Source: Gemmatimonadota bacterium
Lineage (GTDB): Bacteria; Gemmatimonadota; Gemmatimonadetes; Palauibacterales; KS3-K002
Length of the DNA: 64,000 nt
Direction of reading: 5' to 3'
Assembly (NCBI GenBank): GCA_039586795.1
Contig: JBDHJS010000006.1
Location: 119,137-183,136, forward strand
Within the stretch, counting starts at the first letter, position 1. Each line of letters starts with the position of its first letter. The translations under genes and the position numbers were made by a program. Below the pieces are notes generated by a model. That model searched no databases and was not told the origin of the DNA. It saw nothing but the letters and a program-made list of their open reading frames with translations. Positions 9,812-20,808 of this stretch are shown piece after piece.

Positions 9812-10321
9812 GTGCGGTTGAAAACTAGCTTCGCAGGGCTGTCGATTGTCGTCGCGCTTTTCGCGTGTCAGCAACAAGCTGATCAGGCAGAAAGGGAACG
9901 TGAGCTTGCGGGGGTATGGCGGCTCGTATCCTGGCAGCTCACGAACGCTGCCGGCGAAATCAAGTATCCGTACGGGGAAACACCTGAGGGGCAGATCATC
10001 TACACTGCCGGGGGCCAGATGTCGGCGCAGCTGATGTACCCCGGGGCCGAGTTGGGAGACATGTCGGGACTCGATTCCGCAGCTGCCATCTCCCAGGTCT
10101 CCCGGACGTTCTTCGCGTACTACGGGACGTACACGGTGGATGAAGTCGCCGGGACTGTCACCCATCATGTCCGGGGCTGCTTGAGGCCGGACTGGGTTGG
10201 GACCGATCGCGTTCGTCATTTCGCGTGGCTGGATAGAGATCGTATTTCGCTCTCCGCGACGTTGGAGGGCGATACAACAGTACCGGGGGAGAACGTCCTT
10301 GTCTGGGAGCGCGTTGAGTAG
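9812..10321 (+). CDS. Lipocalin-like domain lipoprotein
   Basis: Lipobox LFAC; LAGVWRLVSW, GQIIYTAGGQMSAQL, AYYGTYTVD, WVGTDRVR, LVWER. Confidence 0.85.
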   Translation: MRLKTSFAGLSIVVALFACQQQADQAERERELAGVWRLVSWQLTNAAGEIKYPYGETPEGQIIYTAGGQMSAQLMYPGAELGDMSGLDSAAAISQVSRTFFAYYGTYTVDEVAGTVTHHVRGCLRPDWVGTDRVRHFAWLDRDRISLSATLEGDTTVPGENVLVWERVE

Positions 10322-10334
10322 GCGGAAACCACTG

Positions 10335-11147
10335 ATGCCAACGGACCTTCTGGAGCGCTATCTCCGGCTTCTGGGTGTTAAGGCAGTCCCCCCGAGTCTT
10401 GACGGGCTGCGGGAGCTTGTTCAGGCGCACCTGTGCCGGGTCCCGTTCGAGAACGTGTCCAAGCTCCACTACATGAAGCATCGGAATCTCAGGGGATTGC
10501 CCGACCTGGAGCTGTACCTCGATGGTATCGAGCGGTTCAACTTCGGGGGGACGTGCTATTCCAACAACTACTACCTGTATCAGCTCCTTGCGAACCTGGG
10601 TTATCAGGCCACGCTGTGTGGCGCTGATATGTCGAGCCCCGATGTTCATCTGGTAAGCATGGTAGAGCTGGACGAAGGCCAGTACCTGGTGGATGTGGGT
10701 TACGCGGCGCCATTCGCGATCCCGCTGCCCCGAGACTCGACGATGGACCACGTCATCCACCTGGGGAGTGATCGCTTCGTGCTCAAGCCTCAGGATGAAG
10801 ATGGGCGCTCGCGGCTGGACTTGTACCGCGACGGAAAGCGGGTACATGGCTACGTTGCCAAACCGTCCCCTCGGCAGATAGATGAATTCAAACCCGCCAT
10901 CGCCGACTCCTATCGGAGCGACGCGACGTTCATGAACGCGCTTCTGCTTGCGCGTCACTGCCCCGATCGTTCTTTGGTCATCCACAATCGGACGGTCATC
11001 GAGTACCGGGGGACCGGGCCAGGCGTAAGTGCCCTGGTGGAACGAAGCGAACTGAGTCAGGCGATAGCGGAGCATTTCGGGATTCCCGAGCGGATCACGA
11101 CTGACGTCGTGAATGGACTCGAGTTGTTGGGAGACGCGTGGCCCTGA
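10335..11147 (+). CDS. Arylamine N-acetyltransferase family protein
   Basis: VPFENV, GGTCYSNN (Cys), DVHLV (His), YLVDVG (Asp) catalytic triad. Confidence 0.9.
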   Translation: MPTDLLERYLRLLGVKAVPPSLDGLRELVQAHLCRVPFENVSKLHYMKHRNLRGLPDLELYLDGIERFNFGGTCYSNNYYLYQLLANLGYQATLCGADMSSPDVHLVSMVELDEGQYLVDVGYAAPFAIPLPRDSTMDHVIHLGSDRFVLKPQDEDGRSRLDLYRDGKRVHGYVAKPSPRQIDEFKPAIADSYRSDATFMNALLLARHCPDRSLVIHNRTVIEYRGTGPGVSALVERSELSQAIAEHFGIPERITTDVVNGLELLGDAWP

Positions 11148-11154
11148 GGCTCCA

Positions 11155-11331
11155 ATGACCGTGGTCGAGTACCAGATCGACGTCCCGACCCGCTTCTCCA
11201 GGACTCTGAAACCGGACGATTACCCTGATGTGAGGATCGTAGCGGACGACGCGGCCGCCGGTCTCACGCTGAGCAAGTTCGAAAGATTCCCAAGCGGGAT
11301 CCTACTGCTCAAGTACTCGGTGGATCGATAG
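11155..11331 (+). pseudogene. Internally deleted remnant of a RibD-C/dihydrofolate-reductase-family gene
   Basis: FSRTLKPDDYPDVRIVADDA joined to LTLSKFERFPSGILLLKY; both match segments of RibD_C proteins while the intervening GG-containing core is absent. Confidence 0.55.
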
Positions 11332-11438
11332 ATCACATGGCTTGCCACGCCCCCGGGCTCGTTGTTCTATTCACATTCCGCTGGCGGCAGTGGCGTGGAA
11401 GCCCAAGCACTGACTGACAGCAGCATGGGGGAAGAAGC

Positions 11439-11921
11439 ATGCAACGTCGTTTCCAACTGATTCTTCTGGCGGCCCCGTTTCTCTTGGGCGGCTGCGTGAG
11501 GATCGAGTCGCGAGACCCACAAGCGGACGCCGCAGAGGAGGTTCGCGCCGTTGATGAAGCGTACGTGTCCGGTTGGCGCGCCAACGATGCCGCGGCGGTC
11601 ATGGCGACGCTGGCCGACGACGCGATACTGCTCCCGCCGGGCGTGGTCCCGGTCCAGGGCGCCGCGGCGATCCGAGATTACTGGTGGCCGCCGGGTGGGC
11701 CGACGACGACGATCACGGAATACGAGAACAGCATTGACGAACTCGATGTGTCGGACGATCTGGCTTTCGTCAGGGGCACTGCGGACCTGACGTTGGAGTG
11801 GGCTTCGGCGGACGGGATTCAGCAACAGTCGGGTCGTAGCGCCTACCTGATGGTGCTGCGTCGCCATTCTGATGGCGCGTGGAAGATCACGCACCGCATG
11901 TGGGGTAGGGTGCCGAGGTAG
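11439..11921 (+). CDS. NTF2-like (DUF4440) lipoprotein, second paralog
   Basis: Lipobox LGGC; DDAILLPP..VQGAAAI, DDLAFVRG, YLMVLRRHSDGAWKI. Confidence 0.85.
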   Translation: MQRRFQLILLAAPFLLGGCVRIESRDPQADAAEEVRAVDEAYVSGWRANDAAAVMATLADDAILLPPGVVPVQGAAAIRDYWWPPGGPTTTITEYENSIDELDVSDDLAFVRGTADLTLEWASADGIQQQSGRSAYLMVLRRHSDGAWKITHRMWGRVPR

Positions 11922-12065
11922 ATGACGGTCTATCGAAATCTGGAGGGACCGGTGCGCGCAGCTGTCTCACTTGGAGTTTTCTTTGCTGTGATCCTCGCGT
12001 CGCCAAGTATGGCGCAGGAGCCTTCGTCGATCTCGTTCGCTATCGGGGCCGGGCCGGCTCTGTAA
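11922..12065 (+). pseudogene. Signal-peptide-only remnant of an exported protein gene
   Basis: VRAAVSLGVFFAVILASPSMA-QEPSSISFAIGAGPAL then stop. Confidence 0.35.
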
Positions 12066-12202
12066 GTCACCACCCGGCTTTCACTTGTGCTCGGTACAGC
12101 CTAGCTGACCGCCTACCTGCTACTGATCCGGACGATGCTCGAACGCTTCAGGTTTCGGACGTCGGCGCGTCTGCACGGTTCGCGCAAGCGCGCCCGTCTC
12201 GT

Positions 12203-12679
12203 TCAGTGCGTCAGCTCCCCGAAGTGACCGACGACCGGGTGCACCAGCCGCTCGAAATCGGAGTACTTGACGCGTACGGCCTCCCGATGGTCGCCGGCGT
12301 TGAAGACGATTCTTTCGTCTTCCGCCAGCCGGTCATCGACGAACACGCGCTGACCGTACAGGTTGCCCAGCGGCGGCATCGCCCCGGGCTCGCAGTTCGG
12401 GAACAGCCCGGAGAAATCCGATTCCTCCGCCAGCCGCAGCTTGCCGGCGCCGACCAGGTCGGCCAGCAGCTCCGCGTTCACGTGGTATGACGCGGGGACC
12501 ACGGCCATGATCGGCTCGTCGTCGGCGGTGAAGAAGATCACCGTCTTCGCCCACTCGTACCCCGAGATGTGCGACACCGCTGCTTCCTCGGCCGCCGTGT
12601 ATGCGGTGGGGTGCTTGATGACCTCGAACTCCACGTGTTCCGATCTGAGGAATTTCTGTACTTCCGGAGCGAGTGACAT
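12203..12679 (-). CDS. YbaK/EbsC (ProX-like) aminoacyl-tRNA deacylase family protein
   Basis: WAKTV, LAEE..F..LFPNCEPGAMPPLG, FNAGDH; GGAGG RBS before ATG 12679. Confidence 0.9.
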   Translation of the reverse strand: MSLAPEVQKFLRSEHVEFEVIKHPTAYTAAEEAAVSHISGYEWAKTVIFFTADDEPIMAVVPASYHVNAELLADLVGAGKLRLAEESDFSGLFPNCEPGAMPPLGNLYGQRVFVDDRLAEDERIVFNAGDHREAVRVKYSDFERLVHPVVGHFGELTH

Positions 12680-12868
12680 GGGGTCTGACCTCCATGCTGG
12701 CCGGGTTTGGCCCAACAGAACTTCAGGAAAAGGAAGGGTTTCGTGCTCAAAGACAAGGTGGCAACTACGCTCTGCCACGCGCAAGAGGCAGCTGCCGGGC
12801 ACTCCTTATGAGTTAGCTATCATGTTAGTTAAGCAAGCTATCACGTGGCTATTATGTCGTCGCCCGGA

Positions 12869-14581
12869 TTACTTCTCCAACAGCTTCAGAAACTGCTTGA
12901 GTGTGTACGTGTTGGCGACGTCCTTTTTCTCCAGCCAGCCGCGGCGCGCCTGATCCACGCCATAATTCACGAAGTCCAGCTCGCCGGTGCGATGGGCGTC
13001 GGTGCTGATGACGATCTTGACTCCGGCCTCCCGGGCCATCTGCAGGTGGAAATCTCGCAGATCAAGGCGGTCCGGTTGAGCGTTGAGCTCCAACATAATG
13101 CCGTGGTCCTGAGCGACCTTCACCAATTCCTCAACGTCCACCGGGTAGGGTTCGCGCCGATTGATCAAGCGGCCAGTGGGGTGGGCGAGGATGTTGACCA
13201 TCGGATGCTGCATCGCTTTGGTGATGCGCCGGGTCATCTCCACGCGGCTCATGTTCAGCTTGTGGTGCACAGAGATGACGACGATATCCATCTCGGCGAG
13301 CAGATCGTCATCCAGGTCGAGGGATCCATCGGCCATGATGTCGACTTCCGCCGACTTGAGGATCCTTATCGAGTCGTACTTCTTCTGGACCTTCTCGATC
13401 TCCTTGTACTGCTTGCGAAAGTCTTCCGGTTTGAGCCCCGCCATCGCCAGCGCCGGGCCGTGATCGGTGATCGCCATGTACTTGTAACCCAGCTCATCGC
13501 AAGCGCGTACCATCTCGTCGACGGTGTTCTTTCCATCGCTGTACTGCGTGTGCATCTGCAGGTCGCCGCGGATGTCTTTTCGTTTGATGAGCTTCGGCAA
13601 CCTACCATCCGCCGCCGCCGCGATTTCGCCCCGGTCCTCGCGCAGCTCGGGCTCGATCCACGGTAGATCGATGCTCTCGTACACGTCCTCCTCTGTCTGA
13701 CCGGCGATCAGCTCATCGCCCTTGAAGACGCCGTACTCGTTGATCTTGATGCCGCGTTCTCTACTTATGCCGCGGATCACGATGTTGTGGGCCTTCGAGC
13801 CGGTGAAGTAGACCATGGCGGCGCCGTAGCTCTCGCGGTCTACGAGTCGCAGATCGACCTGCAGCCCGGACTCTAGGCGGATCGAGCTCTTGGTGTGGCC
13901 GGCGACCAGAACGTCCCGGGCGTCGGGGTAGGCCACGAAGTCGTCCATGATCGACGAGCCCTCGTCGGTCGTCGCCAGGATGTCGATATCGCCCACCGTT
14001 TCGTTGCGCCGCCGGTAGCTGCCTGCCACCTCGAGGTCGACCAGCCCCGTCGATTTCTTCAGGTAGGCGATCAGTGGGACCACGTAGATGTCGGCGTCCG
14101 ATAGCTTGAAGCGGCCGGCCCGCGCCTTGAGCTCTTCGATGCCTTTCAGCACGCGGGCCTGAAGCGTCGGACCGAACCCCGACAGCTCGGAAAGCCGACC
14201 GTCGTTCGCCGCTTCCTCCAACTCGTCGATCGTCGTGACATCGAGCCCCTGCCAAACCTGGCGGGCCCGCTTCGGTCCCAGACCCGGGATGTGCATGATC
14301 TCGATTAGCGTGGCCGGCACTTCCTTGCGAAGCTCGATCAGATACTCGATCTGGCCCGTATCGTGTAGCTCGCGGATTCGGGAAGCGGCGCCTTTCCCGA
14401 TGCCCGGCAGATCTTCAAGCTTTGCGTCCTCATCTTCGAGCAGCGACTCGATGGGCTGGGAGAGCGTCTCGATCGTGCGGGCGGCGTTGCGGTAGGCCCG
14501 GATACGGAACGGGTTCGCGTCCTGGATCTCCAACAGGTCGGCGATCTCCTCGAACAGACGGGCGTAGTCGATGTTCTCCAC
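12869..14581 (-). CDS. polX: DNA polymerase X with C-terminal PHP domain
   Basis: NPFRIRAY, HhH motifs, AGSYRR..ETVGDIDIL, QVDLR, YFTGSKAHN, PHP motifs TDH, HPTGR, STDAH. Confidence 0.95.
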   Translation of the reverse strand: MENIDYARLFEEIADLLEIQDANPFRIRAYRNAARTIETLSQPIESLLEDEDAKLEDLPGIGKGAASRIRELHDTGQIEYLIELRKEVPATLIEIMHIPGLGPKRARQVWQGLDVTTIDELEEAANDGRLSELSGFGPTLQARVLKGIEELKARAGRFKLSDADIYVVPLIAYLKKSTGLVDLEVAGSYRRRNETVGDIDILATTDEGSSIMDDFVAYPDARDVLVAGHTKSSIRLESGLQVDLRLVDRESYGAAMVYFTGSKAHNIVIRGISRERGIKINEYGVFKGDELIAGQTEEDVYESIDLPWIEPELREDRGEIAAAADGRLPKLIKRKDIRGDLQMHTQYSDGKNTVDEMVRACDELGYKYMAITDHGPALAMAGLKPEDFRKQYKEIEKVQKKYDSIRILKSAEVDIMADGSLDLDDDLLAEMDIVVISVHHKLNMSRVEMTRRITKAMQHPMVNILAHPTGRLINRREPYPVDVEELVKVAQDHGIMLELNAQPDRLDLRDFHLQMAREAGVKIVISTDAHRTGELDFVNYGVDQARRGWLEKKDVANTYTLKQFLKLLEK

Positions 14582-14582
14582 T

Positions 14583-16613
<2,031 letters not shown>

Positions 16614-19073
16614 CTATTCCTCCTTCTTCAAAGGCTCATCCTTCCGCTCGTCGTCTTCCGCGCCGGCCACCTCACCCTCCGCGCTGCGGCCCTCGCGGAC
16701 CGGTTTCCCGAAGTTGCGCCAGCCATGGGCCCACTCCCACAGCTTGGCGGACGCCTTCCCGTAGACCGTGTCCGCCGGGAACTTGCCGTCGGCATCCCGT
16801 GCGCCGGCCTGCATACCCGCCAGGATCTGCCAGCCCTCTATGTGGAACTGACCCTCACGCACGGCGTCGATCACCTCGTCCCCCAACACCAGGTTCTTCA
16901 TATTCCGCTCCGGGATGATTACGCCCTGATCGCCCGTCAGCACGCGCCGCTTACAAGCGCGGTAGAACCCTTCGATCTTCGTCGTGACGCCGCCGATCGG
17001 CTGGATATCACCGTTCTGGTTCAACGCGCCGGTGATCGCGATCCCCTGATTCAACGGCACCTCCGCGACGGCGGAGACCAGCGCGTAGAGCTCCGCCGCC
17101 GAGGCGCTATCGCCCTCGACTTCTTCGTATAGCTGGTCGAACGAGAGGCTGGCCGACATGATGAGCGGGTGGTCCTGGGCGAACAGGTCGCCCAGGTATC
17201 CGGAAAGCACCAGCACGCCCTTGTTGTGCAGTGGACCGCCGAGGCGTACCTCGCGCTCGATATCGACGACACCGCTCGTCCCCATGAACGCGCTGCACTC
17301 TATCTTGATCGGACGGGCGAACGAATGTTCGGCGGCGGACAGCACCGCCAGTCCGTAAAGTTGACCGACCTTCATGCCTCGCGGTTCGACGGCCAGCGTG
17401 TTGTCTTCGATCATCTTCAGCAGCTCGCGCTCGGGCCGATTGACCCGCTGCTCTCGTTCTCTGATCGCGAGCTTCACATCGGCGAGGCTGACGACGTCGC
17501 GTTGCTCGTTCTGCGCGAAGAAGCCGGCTTCGCGGACCAGGTCACCGATGAAGCCGAATTGCGTCGACAGGTGGTCCTGGTTATCGGATAGCCGCGAACC
17601 AAACTCGATCACGCGCGCCACCGCGTCAGCTTCGAACGATGGAAGCGCCTCCTCCTCGCAACGGGCGGCGATGAACTCTGCGTATCCGCGCTCAGCCTCT
17701 GGATTTCGATCCATATAGGGACTGAAATCCGCTTTCACCTTGAACAGCTCGCTGAAATCTCTGTCGTACGCGTGAAGCCAGTAGTAGGTGTAGGGTTCGC
17801 CGATCAGCACGACGCGGCAGCGCAGAGGGATCGGCTGCGGCTTGAGCGTCGTCGTCGCGACCAGGCTGGTGTACTCGATGATCTCTTCCAGTCGGATCGC
17901 CGATGTGCGCAACGCGTTCTTCAAGGCGGTCCACGCGATCGGCTTCTGTAGCAGGTCAGCGGCCTCCAGAACCAAGTAGCCGCCGTTGGCCCGGTGGATG
18001 GCGCCGGCGGTGATCTGACTGAAATCGGCGGCCATCGTTCCGAACTGGACGCGATGCTCGATGCGGCCGATGAGGTTGTGGTAGGTCGGGTTCTCCTCGA
18101 GGACGACGGGCGCACCGCTGTCCGGGTTGTTACACACCATCACGTTGACCCGGTATTTCGCCATCGGGTCCTCGGCCTCGCCGAACGGCGATTCGCTGCT
18201 CGACTCCTCGTTTTCCCCCGCGAAGTAGCCCGCGTTCTTTACGATGTCCTCGGCCAGCTTGTTGATGTGCCGGACCACGGCGGGGACGTCCTCCCAGCCC
18301 GCCTTCAACTCGCCGACCAGATGGGCGACGACGTTGTGCGCCACCGAGTGTTGCAGGTCGATTACCCGGCGTTGCGCGTTGCGCTCCATCTCCCGCGCTT
18401 GACGCTGCACTTCAGCGAACGCCTTCTCCATCTCACGGCGCTTCGTCATGATCTCTTCCTGCTCGGCCTCGGGCAGCGCCGCGAACCGATTCTCGTCGAT
18501 CGGCTCGTTCCCCATCGCCGGAGCTACGACATAACCGGCCGGCGTCTGCACCAGCGTCACGTTGTGTTCCTTCTCCATCTGACGCTGGAAGTCCTCGATC
18601 ATATCGCGCTGGTTCTCCATCGCGGCTTCCGCCACGTCATCGCGCTGTTTCCGAAACTCCTCGCTCTGGAGCGCCCTGGGTAGAGACGTCTTCAGCTCTT
18701 GGAGCATGTTGTTGATGTCGTCGCGCAGGTTCGGGCCGCGGCTCGTGGGGATCTCCAGAGCGAGCGGCTCCCGGGGCGCGTCGAAATTGAAGACGTAGCA
18801 CCAGTCCGGAGGCGTCGGCTCGTCCGCGGCGCGAGCCTCCAGCAGCTGCCGGATCATCGTGGTGCGCCCCGAGCCGGGGAGGCCCGTGGCGAAGATGTTG
18901 TAGCCGATATGGCCGACCTCGAGGCCGAAATGGACGGCTCGCATCGCCTGGTCCTGGCCGATGCTTTCATTCAGCGGCTCCAGTTGGGCCGTCGTCTTGA
19001 AACCCAGCGATGCCGGGTCGCAGGTTCGTCTAAGCTTCTCCGGCTCTAGGGAGCTCGGCTTGGGGGCGGTCAC
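16614..19073 (-). CDS. Lon-like protease, LonC/AAA_32 type
   Basis: GLPGSGRTT Walker A variant, coiled-coil insert, GAIHRANGGYL, VEGDSASAAE (Ser) and GGVTTKIEGF (Lys) dyad. Confidence 0.9.
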   Translation of the reverse strand: MTAPKPSSLEPEKLRRTCDPASLGFKTTAQLEPLNESIGQDQAMRAVHFGLEVGHIGYNIFATGLPGSGRTTMIRQLLEARAADEPTPPDWCYVFNFDAPREPLALEIPTSRGPNLRDDINNMLQELKTSLPRALQSEEFRKQRDDVAEAAMENQRDMIEDFQRQMEKEHNVTLVQTPAGYVVAPAMGNEPIDENRFAALPEAEQEEIMTKRREMEKAFAEVQRQAREMERNAQRRVIDLQHSVAHNVVAHLVGELKAGWEDVPAVVRHINKLAEDIVKNAGYFAGENEESSSESPFGEAEDPMAKYRVNVMVCNNPDSGAPVVLEENPTYHNLIGRIEHRVQFGTMAADFSQITAGAIHRANGGYLVLEAADLLQKPIAWTALKNALRTSAIRLEEIIEYTSLVATTTLKPQPIPLRCRVVLIGEPYTYYWLHAYDRDFSELFKVKADFSPYMDRNPEAERGYAEFIAARCEEEALPSFEADAVARVIEFGSRLSDNQDHLSTQFGFIGDLVREAGFFAQNEQRDVVSLADVKLAIREREQRVNRPERELLKMIEDNTLAVEPRGMKVGQLYGLAVLSAAEHSFARPIKIECSAFMGTSGVVDIEREVRLGGPLHNKGVLVLSGYLGDLFAQDHPLIMSASLSFDQLYEEVEGDSASAAELYALVSAVAEVPLNQGIAITGALNQNGDIQPIGGVTTKIEGFYRACKRRVLTGDQGVIIPERNMKNLVLGDEVIDAVREGQFHIEGWQILAGMQAGARDADGKFPADTVYGKASAKLWEWAHGWRNFGKPVREGRSAEGEVAGAEDDERKDEPLKKEE

Positions 19074-19308
19074 GTGGCTCTCCCTTCGAATGGGCTGCGG
19101 CGTGATAGGGTATTTCTCTTGTGAGGGAATACTAACGTGGAACGGAAGCCCGCGTCTATTGTCGCCAGCCCGGGGGCGGCGGGCCTGAGTGTTAGTCGTT
19201 TTAGAGCTTCAGCGACCGGCGTGGGGATCACAAGTGATAATCGCTCCACTTGACCGATGCTTGCCAAGATGCAGCTAGGTATTCCAAGCGTCTACTGGAG
19301 GTGAAGCC

Positions 19309-19713
19309 ATGAAATACCGACGCTTGATAGCTGCTGTTCTTCTGCCGCTCACTCTGCTTGTTAGCACTGGCTGCAGTTCGGCCACACTGGTCCCGGTTGA
19401 AGACCTGAGGCCCGTGCAGGGCGATGAACTCGAACCGGGCGAGGATGCCACCGAAGCTGAAGCTGTGTTGGGGCTTGTGACCTTGAGTGGTGAGAAGGTG
19501 CGTTTCGATGACTGGGTCGTGCCCGTAGGCGATACGTTGCACGCTACCGTCGGAGGCGAACCATACACAGTCGCACTGGACCAGGTTGACCAGGTCGTCG
19601 TGAGAAGAGGGGTTAGTACCGCTGGGAAGGTTGTCGTCATTGTTCTCTTCCTAGCCGCGGTCGCTACGGCAGCAGCCCTCGCTGCCTTCAGTCAATCTAC
19701 CTTGATCTTTTGA
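19309..19713 (+). CDS. Hypothetical lipoprotein with C-terminal TM helix (copy 1)
   Basis: GGAGG RBS, lipobox STGC, paralogous to next gene. Confidence 0.75.
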   Translation: MKYRRLIAAVLLPLTLLVSTGCSSATLVPVEDLRPVQGDELEPGEDATEAEAVLGLVTLSGEKVRFDDWVVPVGDTLHATVGGEPYTVALDQVDQVVVRRGVSTAGKVVVIVLFLAAVATAAALAAFSQSTLIF

Positions 19714-19726
19714 CGGTGGGTAAGCC

Positions 19727-20119
19727 ATGAAGTACCGACGCTTGATAGCTGCTGCGCTGATTCCCGCGACACTGTCGCTAGCGATGGGCTGTATGCCTAC
19801 TTCAACGTTCAAGGTGCCTACTTCTGAGCTTGAACCCGCAGAAGGTGAGCGTCAGGCCGAAGCTGTGAGAGGGGTTGTGACTTTGAGCGGGGAAGAGGTG
19901 CGATTTGATGATCCGGTCTTGCCTGCTACCGATACGTTGCACGCTACCGTCAAGGGCGAGCCTTACAGCATCGCGCTGAACCAAGTCGATAAAGTCATGG
20001 TGAAGCGCAAGGACACCACAAAGCTCGTCCTCCAGGTGGTGACTGTGGTTTTGGTTGTTGCAGCTACAGTGGTCTACTACGCCTGCTGCTATGAGATCGG
20101 CTATGGGGGCGGAGAGTGA
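19727..20119 (+). CDS. Hypothetical lipoprotein with C-terminal TM helix (copy 2)
   Basis: Same MKYRRLIAA start, lipobox AMGC, shared VTLSGE.VRFDD and DTLHATV.GEPY motifs. Confidence 0.75.
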   Translation: MKYRRLIAAALIPATLSLAMGCMPTSTFKVPTSELEPAEGERQAEAVRGVVTLSGEEVRFDDPVLPATDTLHATVKGEPYSIALNQVDKVMVKRKDTTKLVLQVVTVVLVVAATVVYYACCYEIGYGGGE

Positions 20120-20120
20120 A

Positions 20121-20516
20121 TTACCCTTTGTCCAACTTTAGCGCAGCAGAATTGATGCAATACCGCACACCGCTGGGCTGCGGACCGTCCTCGAAGACGT
20201 GCCCCAGGTGGGCGTCGCAGGCCGAGCAGAGGACCTCGGTGCGCCGCATACCCAGGCTGTCGTCGGCGGCCGTGTCGACGGCGTCGTCGCTGGCCGGCTG
20301 GTGGAAGCTGGGCCAGCCGGTGCCCGAATCGTACTTGGCCTCCGACTCGAACACGGGGTTGCCGCAGCACACGCAGCGGTAGGTGCCGCTCTCTTTGCTG
20401 TCGTGATACTCGCCGGTGAAGGCGCGTTCGGTGCCCTTCTGGCGCGTGATCCGGTACTGCTCGGGGGTCAGTTGGGCGCGCCACTCGTCGTCGCTGCGGG
20501 TAACCTTCTTTGGCAT
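20121..20516 (-). CDS. msrB: Peptide-methionine (R)-S-oxide reductase
   Basis: [37 protein letters not shown]; two CxxC zinc motifs. Confidence 0.97.
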   Translation of the reverse strand: MPKKVTRSDDEWRAQLTPEQYRITRQKGTERAFTGEYHDSKESGTYRCVCCGNPVFESEAKYDSGTGWPSFHQPASDDAVDTAADDSLGMRRTEVLCSACDAHLGHVFEDGPQPSGVRYCINSAALKLDKG

Positions 20517-20808
20517 ATGTGCTCCTCGCTGGGGTGTTCGACATGATAACGCCCGAAACAGCATTTGGGTTCTGGAAGGATCAGGGGATTACGAGATTCG
20601 GGGCTTCGGGGGGTTGAGGCTACGCCGCAGGCACCAGTTCCAAAATCCCCAATCCATAATCGTTGAAACAGCTTTGATAATTGAAGAACGCTCAGTATTC
20701 CCCAACTCAGATTACCGATATCCAAGCTCCCAATCCAATCCCTATATTGCGTCCGCGACCTGCCACTCCTTAGAATGGCCTTTCCCTCATTGCCCGAATT
20801 AGGAGAGA

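Noticed and set aside
11339..11403. Long bulged hairpin as an attC site
   Set aside because: Lacks AAC/GTT core ends and occurs once.
4282..12065. Integron cassette array
   Set aside because: No attC-like RYYYAAC...GTTRRRY palindromes between genes, many genes overlap, no intI.
12758..12778. GTGGCA-N9-TGCCAC as a sigma54 promoter for ybaK
   Set aside because: GG-to-GC spacing is 12, not 10; only a short dyad of unknown meaning.
19198..19208. GTTTTAGAGCT, identical to the start of the type II-A CRISPR repeat
   Set aside because: Single 11-nt match; no repeat-spacer periodicity and no cas genes.
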